Of a stretch of DNA of 64,000 nt, positions 40,272 to 53,100 are shown one piece after another. The notes below the pieces were generated by a model, which was given only the letters and a program-made list of their open reading frames with translations, was not told the origin of the DNA and did no database searches. Location of the stretch: assembly GCF_964355755.1 (NCBI RefSeq), contig NC_092679.1, forward strand, positions 10,337,432-10,401,431, written 5' to 3'. Every line of letters begins with the position of its first letter. The first letter of the stretch is position 1. Position numbers and translations under genes: made by a program. The DNA comes from Antedon mediterranea (taxonomy: Eukaryota; Animalia; Echinodermata).

Positions 40272-42935
40272 TAGTCCAGTCAAAAATCACCCTCACCATG
40301 GTATAAGAACGTACCCTAATCAAATTTCATCCGTAGGTTCTATGTATATAGGTAATAACATTTCTTGATGTTGCGTCTTGCAAAACTTGGGATTTTACGA
40401 GAAAATTAGACTTTTATACCCAATTTATAACCGCCTCATGTCGTATTATTGTGTACAGCGAATTCGACGAAGCGTGACTAAAATTACGAGACGCCGTTAG
40501 CGCCCGTTGAAAAATGCATTAACAAAGCTAAAAACCTACAAAATTAATAGTTTATACAATAATTTAAATATCGTTTACAATAAATTGTATAATAAAATAC
40601 ATAACATATAAAGAAAACCCAAGTATAATCTCAAATATTTACAGATATGTGTTTAAAAATGTACAAATCAAAATGGCCTTCCATAAAATAAAGTGCGCCC
40701 TCACTCGTCATACTTTTATCGGACTTGTATGGATGGTTAAAAAAGGCATTAATTATGAAACACGATGCGGTTTGTTAGTTATTGCCTCTGCAAGAGGCAG
40801 AATATTATATTTTCACAAATATATTTCTAATTTTTATCATGGAAAAAAAGAATTGTATATATTTAAACACATTACAACCTCCAGTATACCATCATGATGG
40901 ATTAAGTGTATATTTGTATATCTGCTGAAGCGTAATGATCTACTACTACTAGTTTTGCTGGTTTTATTTTTAGACATTCTTTTTTTTTCACAGCATTACT
41001 TGCGTGGATATCACAATGCATTGCATATTTTGAACTATCATTCGCGATTATGATCTTAATTAGAGTAAGAACCAATCATTTAAGGATAATCCATTTCGTG
41101 TAGGCCTATACGAAAGATACTAGGCCCCCTACCTCAAGTAGCCCTACTTTCACTTTCCAACAATTATTAAGAGCGTATCAAAGGGGCTGGTTGGCATTCG
41201 TCTGAATCAACATTTATCATTTTTCCTTTTCACCCGCCGATGCCCCCATTGCCAATGGGGAGGAGGAGCCGGTTTGATCCTCTCTGAATCCGTCTGGCCT
41301 TCACATCGTACCGATGTGTGAAGTTTGAGCCAATAAACGTCATTCATGACGATTCTTTAAGTTCGAAGTCGTCTTCCAGAATTCAAAGCATTCTAAATTT
41401 AAAGTATTTTCCCGTTTTTCCACCGTTCACATTTCACTAAATAAAAGAAAGTGAGAATGTTGGAGTGTGATGTAAGATTCGCGAAAAACGACATACTGTA
41501 TTACCCAATTCTCCCAATTTTTTAAGACGTGACGTATATTAAATACATTCTAATATAAAGTGTTTTGGTTGAGAGTAGTCCTACAATTATTATTGGACAT
41601 TTTATACACAAAAGTATGTCATAAACGATCGGTTCACCTCCACGGCCTGAAAGTTCTCACTTGGGACAAAAAAGTAAAGTCCAGAAAAAAAGTTTTATAT
41701 GCATTTATTTCAAATATTGTTATCCGCCGAGTCCGACGCATTTTAATGCATTTAGAAAATTTAAAAAGCTTGGGAGAACACAGTAGTTTAATTTGTTGGC
41801 TTATTCAAATACTTATAAATGACGTTTTAAACCTAAAAGATGTAGGCTATTTTTCCCAAAAGTGAAGATGAACATTAATTAATTAATTGTAAAAGAATAA
41901 CACAGTTATCCGTCAGAAGTCTTCGAACAGAAAGAATCTTCGGTGGCAGGATTACATTTTCTAAAACACGAAATTGTCTCACACATCATACGATATGGAT
42001 GCCAATAAACAATTCAAAGAAAATTAAACAAAACTAACAATCACAAGGATTCTTTGTTGCGGATAACCAATGAGAAAATATTTCAGAGTACTTTATTAAT
42101 GTAAATCTTTATTATATCGTATATGCGAAATGGACTGTCATTTAAAAATGATTCTTACTCAAATTAATATTGACTATAATCGCGAATAAACAAATGCATT
42201 GTGATATCCACGCAAGTAATGCTGTGAAAAAAAGAATGTCCAGAATATAACCAGATAACTAGAAGATCATGACGCTATAGCATATACAATACGGCGCTTC
42301 ACTTAATCCATCATGATGGTAGACTGGAGGTTGTATGTTTAAATATATACAATTCTTTTTTTCTATGATAAAAACTAGAAATATATTTGTGAAAATATAA
42401 TATTCTGCCTCTTGCAGAGGCAATAACGAACAAACCGCATCGGGTTTCGTAATATTAATGCCTTGTATAACCATCCATACAAGTCCGATAAAAGTATGAC
42501 GAGTGAGGGCGCACTTTATTTTATGGAAGGCCATTTTGATTTGTACATTTTTAAACACATATCTGTAAATATTTGAGATTATACTTGAGTTTTCTTGATA
42601 TGTTATGTATTTTATTATACAATTTATTGTAAACTATATTTAAATTATTGTATAAACTATTAATTTTGTAGGTTTTTAGCTTTGTTAATGCATTTTTCAA
42701 CGGGCGCAAACGGCGTCTCGTAATTTCAGTCACGCTTCGTCGCATTCGCTGTACACAATAATACGACATGAGGTAGTTATAAATTGGGTATAAAAGTCTA
42801 ATTTTCTCGTAAAATCCCAAGTTTTGCAAGACGCAACATCAAGAAATGTTATTACCTATATACATAGAACCTACGGATGAAATTTGATTAGGGTACGTTC
42901 TTATACCATGGTGAGGGTGATTTTTGACTGGACTA
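40272..42935. mobile_element. Non-autonomous Academ-like element with ~800-bp TIRs
   Basis: Termini TAGTCCAGTC..GACTGGACTA; 3-bp TSD TAT; arms 40272-~41100 and ~42125-42935 are reverse complements. Confidence 0.75.
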
Positions 42936-42995
42936 TATTACATATATGGCTTTATCCATATACTATACAAGTATCTCAAGATCAAACTTGTTATT

Positions 42996-44156
42996 TATGG
43001 AACGCCTCCTCTGCCTTTAGTTCACAATGGTCATGCAGTACACACCAATCGTCATGCAGTACACACCAATGGTCATGCAGTACACACCAATGGTCATGCA
43101 GTACACACCAATGGTCATGCAGTACACACCAATTGTCGTTCACATTTATCATGCAGTACACACCAATGGTCATGCAGTACAAACCAATCGTCATGCAGTA
43201 CACACCAATGGTCATGCAGTACACACCAATCGTCATTCAGTACACACCAAACATCATGCAGTACACACCAATCGTCATGCAGTACACACTAAACATCATG
43301 CAGTACACACCAATGGTCATGCAGTACACACCAATTGTCATGCAGTACACACCAATCGTCATGCAGTACACACCAATCGTCATGCAGTGAAATATTGCGT
43401 CATTTATACCGCCACCTATCGACAAAATCGAATATCACGTGACGTTTATTAGACGGCTGTAAAACTAGGCCATCGACTCTAAGATTTCTTTTATGTTTGA
43501 CATACTGTACTTATTTTAACCGCTACACATCTCTGTGAATGCTCTGTTTTTTTATATATACAATAATTTATTATGCGAGACACAGGCGCGGCTAGGAGGC
43601 CATTGCAATTATTGAATTCCATAAAAGAAGTTTAAATAGTCTTAGTTTTACAGCCGTCTAATAAACCTCACGTGATATTCGATTTTGTCGATAGGTGGCG
43701 GTATAAATTACGCAATATTTGACTGCATGACGATTGGTGTGTACTGCATGACGATTGGTGTGTACTGCATGACAATTGGTGTGTACTGAATGATGTTTGG
43801 TGTGTACTGCATGACAATTGGTGTGTACTGCATGACGATTGGTGTGTACTGCATGATAAATGTGAACGACGATTGGTGTGTACTGCATGACAATTGGTGT
43901 GTACTGCATGACCATTGGTGTGTACTGCATGACGATTGGTGTGTACTGCATGACGATTGGTGTGTACTGCATGACGATTGGTGTGTACTGCATGATGTTT
44001 GGTGTGTACTGCATGACCATTGGTGTGTACTGCATGACGATTGGTGTGTACTGCATGACCATTGGTGTGTACTGCATGACGATTGGTGTGTACTGCATGA
44101 CGATTGGTGTGTACTGCATGATAAATGTGAACTGAAGGCAGAGGAGGCGTTCCATA
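42996..44156. mobile_element. Foldback element with 21-bp minisatellite arms
   Basis: TIR TATGGAACGCCTCCTCTGCCTT; unit catgcagtacacaccaatcgt inverted on the two arms; GTTATT(TA) duplicated on both flanks; ~175-bp central spacer. Confidence 0.85.
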
Positions 44157-45797
44157 GTTATTTACTTGAAAGCCATAGTGGTGTAATGGTTTGGGCATCT
44201 TTAATTAAATTATACTTAGTAGAGATTTCAACAATCTTCTTAAGAAATTATATTGTTTTCCTTATCTCTTTTTTTGTACAAGATGTATTTTTTTAAGATA
44301 ATTATAGCTTTGAAGTGTTTTTATAGTTATTTAATTATTATTACAGGGTATTATATTATTTTATCGTCTTTGTCTTTCTCCAGAATTATAGCCACGTTAT
44401 TATTACAAGGCGTTCTATACGCTTTATTAATGGATGTAGATGGGTGTATACCTGCTCTTGTAATAAAAGTCATTGTCAATTTGTTGATGCTTTGAATAAC
44501 AAAGTAGATCAAACATTTTTTGGTATGTATGAATTATATGCATTTCATAAGTAGGAATAATCTTTAGAACAATTATACATGCTTGAATAAGGAAATAATT
44601 AATAGACAATAAGCTAATGTTTGCTTATTTTTTATGACATAAACGACTGAGAAGCTTCTGTTCATATTCTCGACAGATATTTGTCCTTTTAAGATCATTG
44701 TTTGTCAGACTTGATAGTGACGTTATACAGCATACGTGCTTGCCGATGTAGGGGTATAACTAATTAATTTTTCAGACCACACTGTGGTCGAGAAAATGTT
44801 TAACAGGTAATTAACAGACAGACACCCCCTTTGTAACCCAGTTTTGTTCTAATATCCTCATGATGGAATAAATTATACAAGGTGATCAACCATCACAGCA
44901 CTTTACTTACAATTTGTAATTACTAGTTACAATTCATATTTGAAGATAATATTTTTAAAAATTGTATTTTATTTCAGAATTTAAACAACCTAAAGAATGC
45001 ATTCACTTGGCAATAGCTAAAGAATATATCACTCAATTAGATGTTATGAATAACGTTTCTCCAGAAGATGATTTTTTTGGTATATTTGTTTTTTTTTAAA
45101 TTGATCAATTTATTAATCTCATAAATAGATACTTGCTTATTATTGGTCAAATAGACATCATGACAAGCGTTTAGTCAGTATCATAGGTTTTTTTTTTCTA
45201 GATAGGAATTTATAAACAAAATATTTTAATAAATATTTACCACAAATTTATCATAAATTCTAGGAACAAATTATATTTTTTTTGTAAATTGATAATACAA
45301 TAAGTGTGTTATTGTAAATCTAAAATTTAGTAATTTTTTTCACAAATATTTAAATATAGGATATATACGTGCTCCTAACAATTAACTATCTAACTTTAAT
45401 TGTAATACTATATTTTCAAGATCCTGAAGTCAATGGCGATCATAACTATGCTTCAATATCAGAGGTAACATTGGATATATTATATTATACATTTATAATA
45501 ATTAGTTCCCATTACAATGTAAACAAGCTTGATACTGTACCATATCAAAATAATGGACATGTAGAAACATCATGGCAACCAACTGAAAATTAACATATCC
45601 CTTAAACAGTATAACAGAATGGCAACAATGTCTTACTGCACTGAAACCAAAAGTAATATTGAAATTGAAATATGGCTCAATTTTACACTTATGTTTTGCA
45701 TACCATTTCTTATTGATCTTGTTATATTGTTGGTTCATGTTTTGTGGAAAAAAGCCATTTTGATGTGTTTTAACTTAAACAAGTTTACTTTTTAAAG

Positions 45798-48700
45798 GAA
45801 GTTGAAATTCAGCAGATTCAAGATAGATGTGTTTGCATTTTCGACAAGACTACAGCAACATATGGAATTATAATGGTTATGAGCAACAGTTTCCGGTGTT
45901 CTGTGTGTAATTCAAGTGTGTGTAGTCACATAAGAATGGTAAATAGTTACAAAGAAACCCCATTCCATGACTTGCCAGATGAACTGTGTGACATTTTTAC
46001 AGATTTCAAAACTACAAGCAATCAGTTTTTAGTACAAAAGTCTACGCTTAAAATACCATTTAGGAGAAGTACAACATTGACACATACATTATTAAGTCTT
46101 CATGATAAGATCCAGAAAATAACTGTGCTTCAACCAACTTCACAGTGCAGGAAATGCTCTTCTGACTCGGGAGAATATCAAACCGTTAACGAAAGATGTC
46201 CCATTACTGCTTCTCAAAACATCTACTTTGTAATATGTAAGTAGATTTTTTTAATGGTTTAATGTTTAAGGTCTACACCAAATACAATCTGGATTGATAG
46301 GTCAATTGAGAGTTTGCAATTCTGTTGTACATAAAATAAGTATTTTCATTGGGCATATTTTTTTTTTCTTATGTACTGTAGTAAACATGTGGATATGTCA
46401 CCAGTGCCATGAAAAGAATGTGTACGAGGGCCTAGATGATGGACTACTGAATATGGGAAGTTATATTGTGACACATGAACTGTTAAGGAGCTACCTACAT
46501 GGATTTCTACATGGGAAGTAGGTTCCTTACAAATATTTACCATGATTGTTAACTTACCATATATTTTTTAGTAAATTCATCAGCAATTTTAGCTTTAATA
46601 AAAGTTTATTTATTAATTATTTTTTCAGGTGTACATTGTTTGCATTTTACACACACTTAAAAGAAGTGCACCTAGACTTTGGATTGTCCAACTTCTTAAC
46701 ATACAACAAGCTGAAGAATGCATGGTAAATTGCAGTGAAATTATTATCATTTTTCTCTTTGTAGCACACAATTGTCATTGCATTTGCTTCTAATTTAGCT
46801 GTTTTATGGGGATGATTCTGATGAATATGAGTTTTGTCCTATTATTCTTTCTAGAAATGTATTTGTATGTTTCATTTCTCTAGATCATTAATTTCTTTCT
46901 GAATTTTATATATTAACATATGTGGAATTAATCAAACTCATTTGATCAATTTTTACCAATGCAACTGCACTGATTGATTGAATTTTGTTTGTGATAGGTA
47001 TTGTTATGTCAGTTTACTAGACGTTGACTATCGACATGGATTCTGTTGCAATATTTGTGGTGAGAACCCAAGAACAATCATCTGTGATGGTACATCCCTG
47101 TCTTTCAGAAAGAAAATGTTATTGCAACCTGGTAATATCAAGGCACAGATTGATGATGAAAAGTTGCTTTATGGAAGATAAGTATTTCTCACTATTCCAA
47201 ATGATTTAAAATTACTGTAATGCTCCTTAATAAAAGTTAAATTAGAAAATAAAATGGATATTTATTTTTATTTAATGCAGTAGGTAGGTAGGTATAATTA
47301 TAATTATGTAAGTTAAGTTGTAAGAAGTTGTAACTATATATGTAGTTTTTTTTAAATACGTTTTTTATAGAATAGCTGGAATTAGATTAAATAATTACAA
47401 AGATAAAGTAATTTTCCTTTTATATTTTTTACTTCTTTCAAGGAAATGGTTTTTGTCGCAAATGCAACAACTCGTAAGATGTTAAAAAGATACTCAAAAC
47501 TTACTTCTGTTTCTAGCATGTCAAATGAAGAATTTACAAGTATGATTTCTGCTTTAGAAAAGGAAATACCTGAGCTTGCAAACTTCATAAATGATATTGA
47601 AGATGGCATTCATTGCCCTCCTACTAAATATAAATCATTAATTGCTTCCCTTTCATCCAGTTCACCTGTTTGTGTTTTAATACCAAATAACAAAGGTCTA
47701 CATGATGCCTTGCAGAAACTGTGTGATGGCGATGACATTCAATGTAATCCGGACCTCATAAGATCTCTTCAGGAACAGTCGCCTCTTCTTTTTGATATCT
47801 ATAAAGGTTGCCGTCCAATATCAACATGCATGAAAGAACTACTGAAAATATTAAGCAAGAAGGCAGAACAACCTTTTGTAACCAAGGAAAACCACACTGT
47901 GGAAAAGACTTTAGAAAATCCTGAACTGGCATGTTTTCCTTCGCTTCCAATATTACGGGAGAGAGGAATGTATTATTCAGATAAGACAGTCTTCAAGAAA
48001 AAAGAGAAGTGTAAAAAAGTTTTTTCAGGGCATCCAACACTACTGCCAGGAATATTTACCATATTTTGCAGTCATGGTAATTTACCATTTATTTATTTTC
48101 AAATGTCATTGCTACAGAAAGTACTATGGGAAGGGTAAACATTTGTTTTGTATAATAAACTATGTGAAAAACTTTTGTTTCAAACAAGTTTGAATTTACA
48201 TCTGTTTGTATGGTTTATTGATTTTCTGTTCGTGTGAGTAGATAATATATATAGTGAAATTTTTTTAAGGAATATGCTATGGATATCAGGTGATGAGGAA
48301 TCATGAATCTGCTAATATTCCCTTTACAATCTTTCGTACCCGGTTTCCTACAGGTAAATTGTTTTCTTAAATAAAGTTTCTATTTTATAAAATTAATAAC
48401 TCATTTTTAAAAACATAATGTATATTGCAATATAAATTAAATTCAAAACCATTACTATCATACAAGTGGAAAATCAACTTTTCCATGACCTAACAAAAGT
48501 AGAAGATGAATTTATATTGTTTAAAAAATAAGGTTAAATATTTATTTATGAATATTTGTTACAGAGAATCATATGCATAACTTCAGTTGTGGTATAACTG
48601 TGAACAAATGAGGTTCAGAAAGCATCAAAAAGTTATCATTACCTATTCATTTTTATTGGTATTAGCAATTGATAATTTTGATTAGTCAAATACTACAGGG

Positions 48701-49377
48701 GTTAATTTAATTATTTATTATTAAAATTTGGTCAACAACGGAAGAGGTATATGAATATGAACGTACTGCTCTATTGTCTTTTGTCTGATTTTTTTTCTTT
48801 TGTACTTGAAACAGCTCCAGATATGGTAATATATGATTTCGCATGCTCACTTCACAGTTACTGTCTAAGAAGAGATCCCCTGTTTTTTAGAGATACTAAG
48901 TTTTTTGTTGATCGCTTCCACTGGTATAACCACAAAGGTATCAGCAAATTTAAAATGCTTTTTATTATAATTCTTGATACTTTTTCAAGGTAGTACTAAT
49001 AAGCATATGTTTCATTTATTGTGATAGTTATGTTGTCCTGAACATTGAATTTGAGAGTTTGAATTTACCTTAAACAATATTTTTTGTTGGTATTAAGATT
49101 TAAAACCTTGAACTGTCCTCATTCTCGTTTTTATTTACTGATATTACTTATATCTCCTGGTTCATAATAATTTTTTTTTTCATTTACAGCATGTTCTCGT
49201 GGATATAACTTGAATTTATACCTACAGCACAACACCCTGAATTCTCAAGTCAATGAACAAGGAAATGCTGGTCTGAAAAGAATTAAAGATCAATTGTCTT
49301 ATATGACACAGCAAAATTTCATGACACACTGCCGGTTGTTCCTGTACAATAAAAACATTAACAAAATCAATGGATGA
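45798..49377 (+). CDS. KDZ-superfamily (Kyakuja/Dileera/Zisupton-like) transposase with Cys-cluster domains, 3' 8 exons
   Basis: Exons 45798-46236, 46382-46517, 46629-46724, 46998-47177, 47433-48076, 48270-48353, 48815-48937, 49190-49377 total 1890 nt in one frame (629 aa + stop); motifs CSVC..CSH, FCCNICG..IICDGT, PGIFTIFCSHGICYG, HES, VIYDFACSLH, VDRFHWYNH, NSQVNEQGN. Confidence 0.85.
47178..47432 (+). other. AT-AC intron (255 nt)
   Basis: AG|ATAAGT ... TTTTTTAC|TTCT joins in frame to give LLYGSSFKEMVFV. Confidence 0.7.
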
Positions 49378-50119
49378 ATTTTTGTTGTATTTATTATTAA
49401 ACTTATTCTTGAAAATTAAATTTTTAATATATTAACTTTACAATACTTAGTATTGTATATTCTGGTACAGCCGCTCCATAATCTCTTTGCTTTTCTTCCT
49501 TATATCTATATTTTTTAATTTATACACTACTAACAAATATCTTTTTTATTAATATAATAATAATAATATATCAAAAATTTATTAAATAATATTCATCGCA
49601 TAATATGCAATCTACGATAATTTAATTAATTGATATAACAAATTTATTAAATACATAACATCATTGGAATAAAAAGAACAAATCACATATCTACACATAA
49701 TCATAACATCGTATACTCTATCTCTAACAATTTATTCAATCTTCTATCGACTAAAGCCGAAGTATAGTCGTTATCTCGGGACCGTTCTATGGCCACCACC
49801 AGGTAGGCTTACTTCATTAAGGCTTCTATGAATGGATGTACTGGTTGGGAGCAGGAACGCCAGTAGACCAAACCCAGTACCGTTTTGATTACGATCAATC
49901 GGGAAATTACCTCATGACGTTTATTATAAATCTATGTCATATATTTAAGGTTGTTATATATAATGTATAAAATTCTATGTATTGTGCATGATGAATGATA
50001 AATAAATTATACAAACAAGAAACTAGTTTTCTGTGAAAAGAATGAAATTAGACTCAAATGCAATTAATATTTGTCTCTTAGCGACTTACAAATTTGGCCA
50101 TAATATTAAGGTATCATTT

Positions 50120-53100
50120 TATCCATATACCCAAAATGATACTCCAGGAACACAATGCTTTAACATATCAAAACGGCCTCATTGCTTATTACAGTGGTTT
50201 ATTCATCATAATGCTTTAACATAGCAAAACGGCCTCATTGCTTATTACAGTGGTTTATTCATTAATGCATTGTGTTCCATATAGGCCTACCCATAATGAT
50301 ACCCCAGGAACACAATGCTTTAACATAGCAAAACGGGCCTCATTGCTTATTACAGTGGATTATTCATTAATGCATTGTGTTCCATATACCCAAAATGATA
50401 CCCCAGGAACACAATGCTTTAACATAGCAAAACGGCCTCATTGCTTATTACAGTGGTTTATTCATCATATATAATGCATTGTGTTCCATATACCCAAAAT
50501 GATACCCCAGGAACACAAAACTTTAACATATCAAAACGGCCTCATTGCTTATTACAGTGGTTTATTGATCATATATAGGCCTAATGCATTGTGTTCCATA
50601 TACCCAAAATGATACCCCAGGAACACAATGCTTTAACATAGGAAAACGGCCTCATTGCTTATTACAGTGGTTTATTCATCATATATACCGGCCTAATGCA
50701 TTGTGTTCCATATACCCAAAATGATACCCCAGGAACACAATACTTTAACATACGAAAACGGCCTCATTGCTTATTACAGTGGTTTATTCATCATATAATT
50801 ATAATGCATTGTGTTCCATATACCCAAAATGATACCCCAGGAACACAATGCTTTAACATAGGAAAACGGCCTCATTGCTTATTACAGTGGTTTATTCATT
50901 AATGCATTGTGTTTCATATACCCATAATGATACCCCAGGAACACAATGCTTTAACATAGGAAAGCGGCCTCATTGCTTATTACAGTGGTTTATTCATCAT
51001 ATATAATGCATTGTGTTCCATATACCCAAAATGATACCCCAGGAACACAATGCTTTAACATAGCAAAACGGCCTCATTGCTTATTACAGTGGTTTATTCA
51101 TCATATATAATGCATTGTGTTCCATATACCCAAAATGATACCCCAGGAACACAATGCTTTAACATAGCAAAACGGCCTCATTGCTTATTACAGTGGTTTA
51201 TTCATTAATGCATTGTGTTCCATATACCCAAAATGATACCCCAAGAACACAATGCTTTAACATAGGAAAACGGCCTCATTGCTTATTACAGAGGTTTATT
51301 CATTAATGCATTGTGTTCCATATACCCAAAATGATAACCCAGGAACACAATGCTTTAACATAGCAAAACGGCCTCATGGCTTATAATTACAGTGGTTTAT
51401 TCATCATATATAACGCATTGTGTTCCATATACCCAAAATGATACCCCAGGAACACAATACTTTAACATAGGAAAACGGCCTCATTGCTTATTACAGTGGT
51501 TTATTCATTAATGCATTGTGTTCCATATACCCCAAAATGATACCCCAGGAACACAATGCTTTAACATAGCAAAACGGCCTCATTGCTTATTACAGTGGTT
51601 TATTCATCATATATAGGCCTAATGCATTGTGTTCCATATACCCAAAATGATACCCCAGGAAAACAATACTTTACCATAGGAAAACGGCCTCATTGCTTAT
51701 TACAGTGGTTTATTCATCATATATAATGCATTGTGTTCCATATACCCAAAATGATACCCCAGGAACACAATGCTTTAACATAGCAAAACGGCCTCATTGC
51801 TTATTACAGTGGTTTATTCATCATATATAGGCCTAATGCATTGTGTTCCATATACCCAAAATGATACCCCAGGAACACAATACTTTAACATAGGAAAACG
51901 GCCTCATTGCTTATTACAGTGGTTTATTCATCATATATAATGCATTATGTTCCATATACCCAAAATGATACCCCAGGAACACGATACTTTAACATAGGAA
52001 AACGGCCTCATTGCTTATTACAGTGGTTTATTCATCATATATAATGCATTGTGTTCCATATACCCAAAATGATACCCCAGGAACACAATGCTTTAACATA
52101 GCAAAACGGCCTCATTGCTTATTACAGTGGTTTATTCATCATATATAATGCATTGTGTTCCATATACCCAAAATGATACCCCAGGAACACAATGCTTTAA
52201 CATAGGAAAACGGCCTCATTGCTTATTACAGTGGCTTATTCATTAATGCATTGTGTTCCATATACCTAAAATGATACCCCAGGAACACAATGCTTTAACA
52301 TAGCAAAACGGCCTCATTGCTTATTACAGTGGTGTATTCATTAATGCATTGTGTTCCATACCCAAAATGATACCCCAGGAACACAATGCTTTAACATAGG
52401 AAAACGGCCTCATTGCTTATTACAGAGGTTTATTCATTAAATGCATTGTGTTCCATATACCCAAAATGATACCCCAGGAACACAATGCTTTAACATAGCA
52501 AAACGGCCTCATGGCTTATTACAGTGGTTTATTCATCATAGGCTATATAGGCCTAATGCATTGTGTTCCATATACCCAAAATGATACCCCAGGAACACAA
52601 TGCTTTAACATAGGAAAACGGCCTCATGGCTTATTACAGTGGTTTATTCATCATAGGCTATATAGGCCTAATGCATTGTGTTCCATATACCCAAAATGAT
52701 ACCCCAGGAACACAATGCTTTAACATAGCAAAACGGCCTCATGGCTTATTACAGTGGTTTATTCATCATATATAGGCCTAATGCATTGTGTTCCATATAC
52801 CCAAAATGATACCACAGGAACACAATGCTTTAACATAGCAAAACGGCCTCATTGCTTATTACAGTGGTTTATTCATTATATATAATGCATTGTGTTCCAT
52901 ATACCCAAAATGATACCCCAGGAACACAATGCTTTAACATAGGAAAACGGCCTCATGGCTTATTACAGTGGTTTATTCATCATAGGCTATATAGGCCTAA
53001 TGCATTGTGTTCCATATACCCAAAATGATAACCCAGGAACACAATGCTTTAACATAGGAAAACGGCCTCATGGCTTATTACAGTGGTTTATTCATCATAG

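Larger units (their letters stand above)
39477..45651 (+). pseudogene. Probable 5' exons of the KDZ transposase gene, with phase conflicts
   Basis: Exon-like segments 39477-39663, ~39829-39896, ~40034-40147, 44978-45079 (FKQPKECIHLAIAK), 45421-45464 (DPEVNGDHNYAS) and ~45528-45651; joining them needs at least two frameshifts. Confidence 0.45.

Noticed and set aside
42884-44296. MQYTPIV / HAVHTN repeat ORFs
   Set aside because: Artefacts of a stop-free 21-bp minisatellite, open in many frames on both strands
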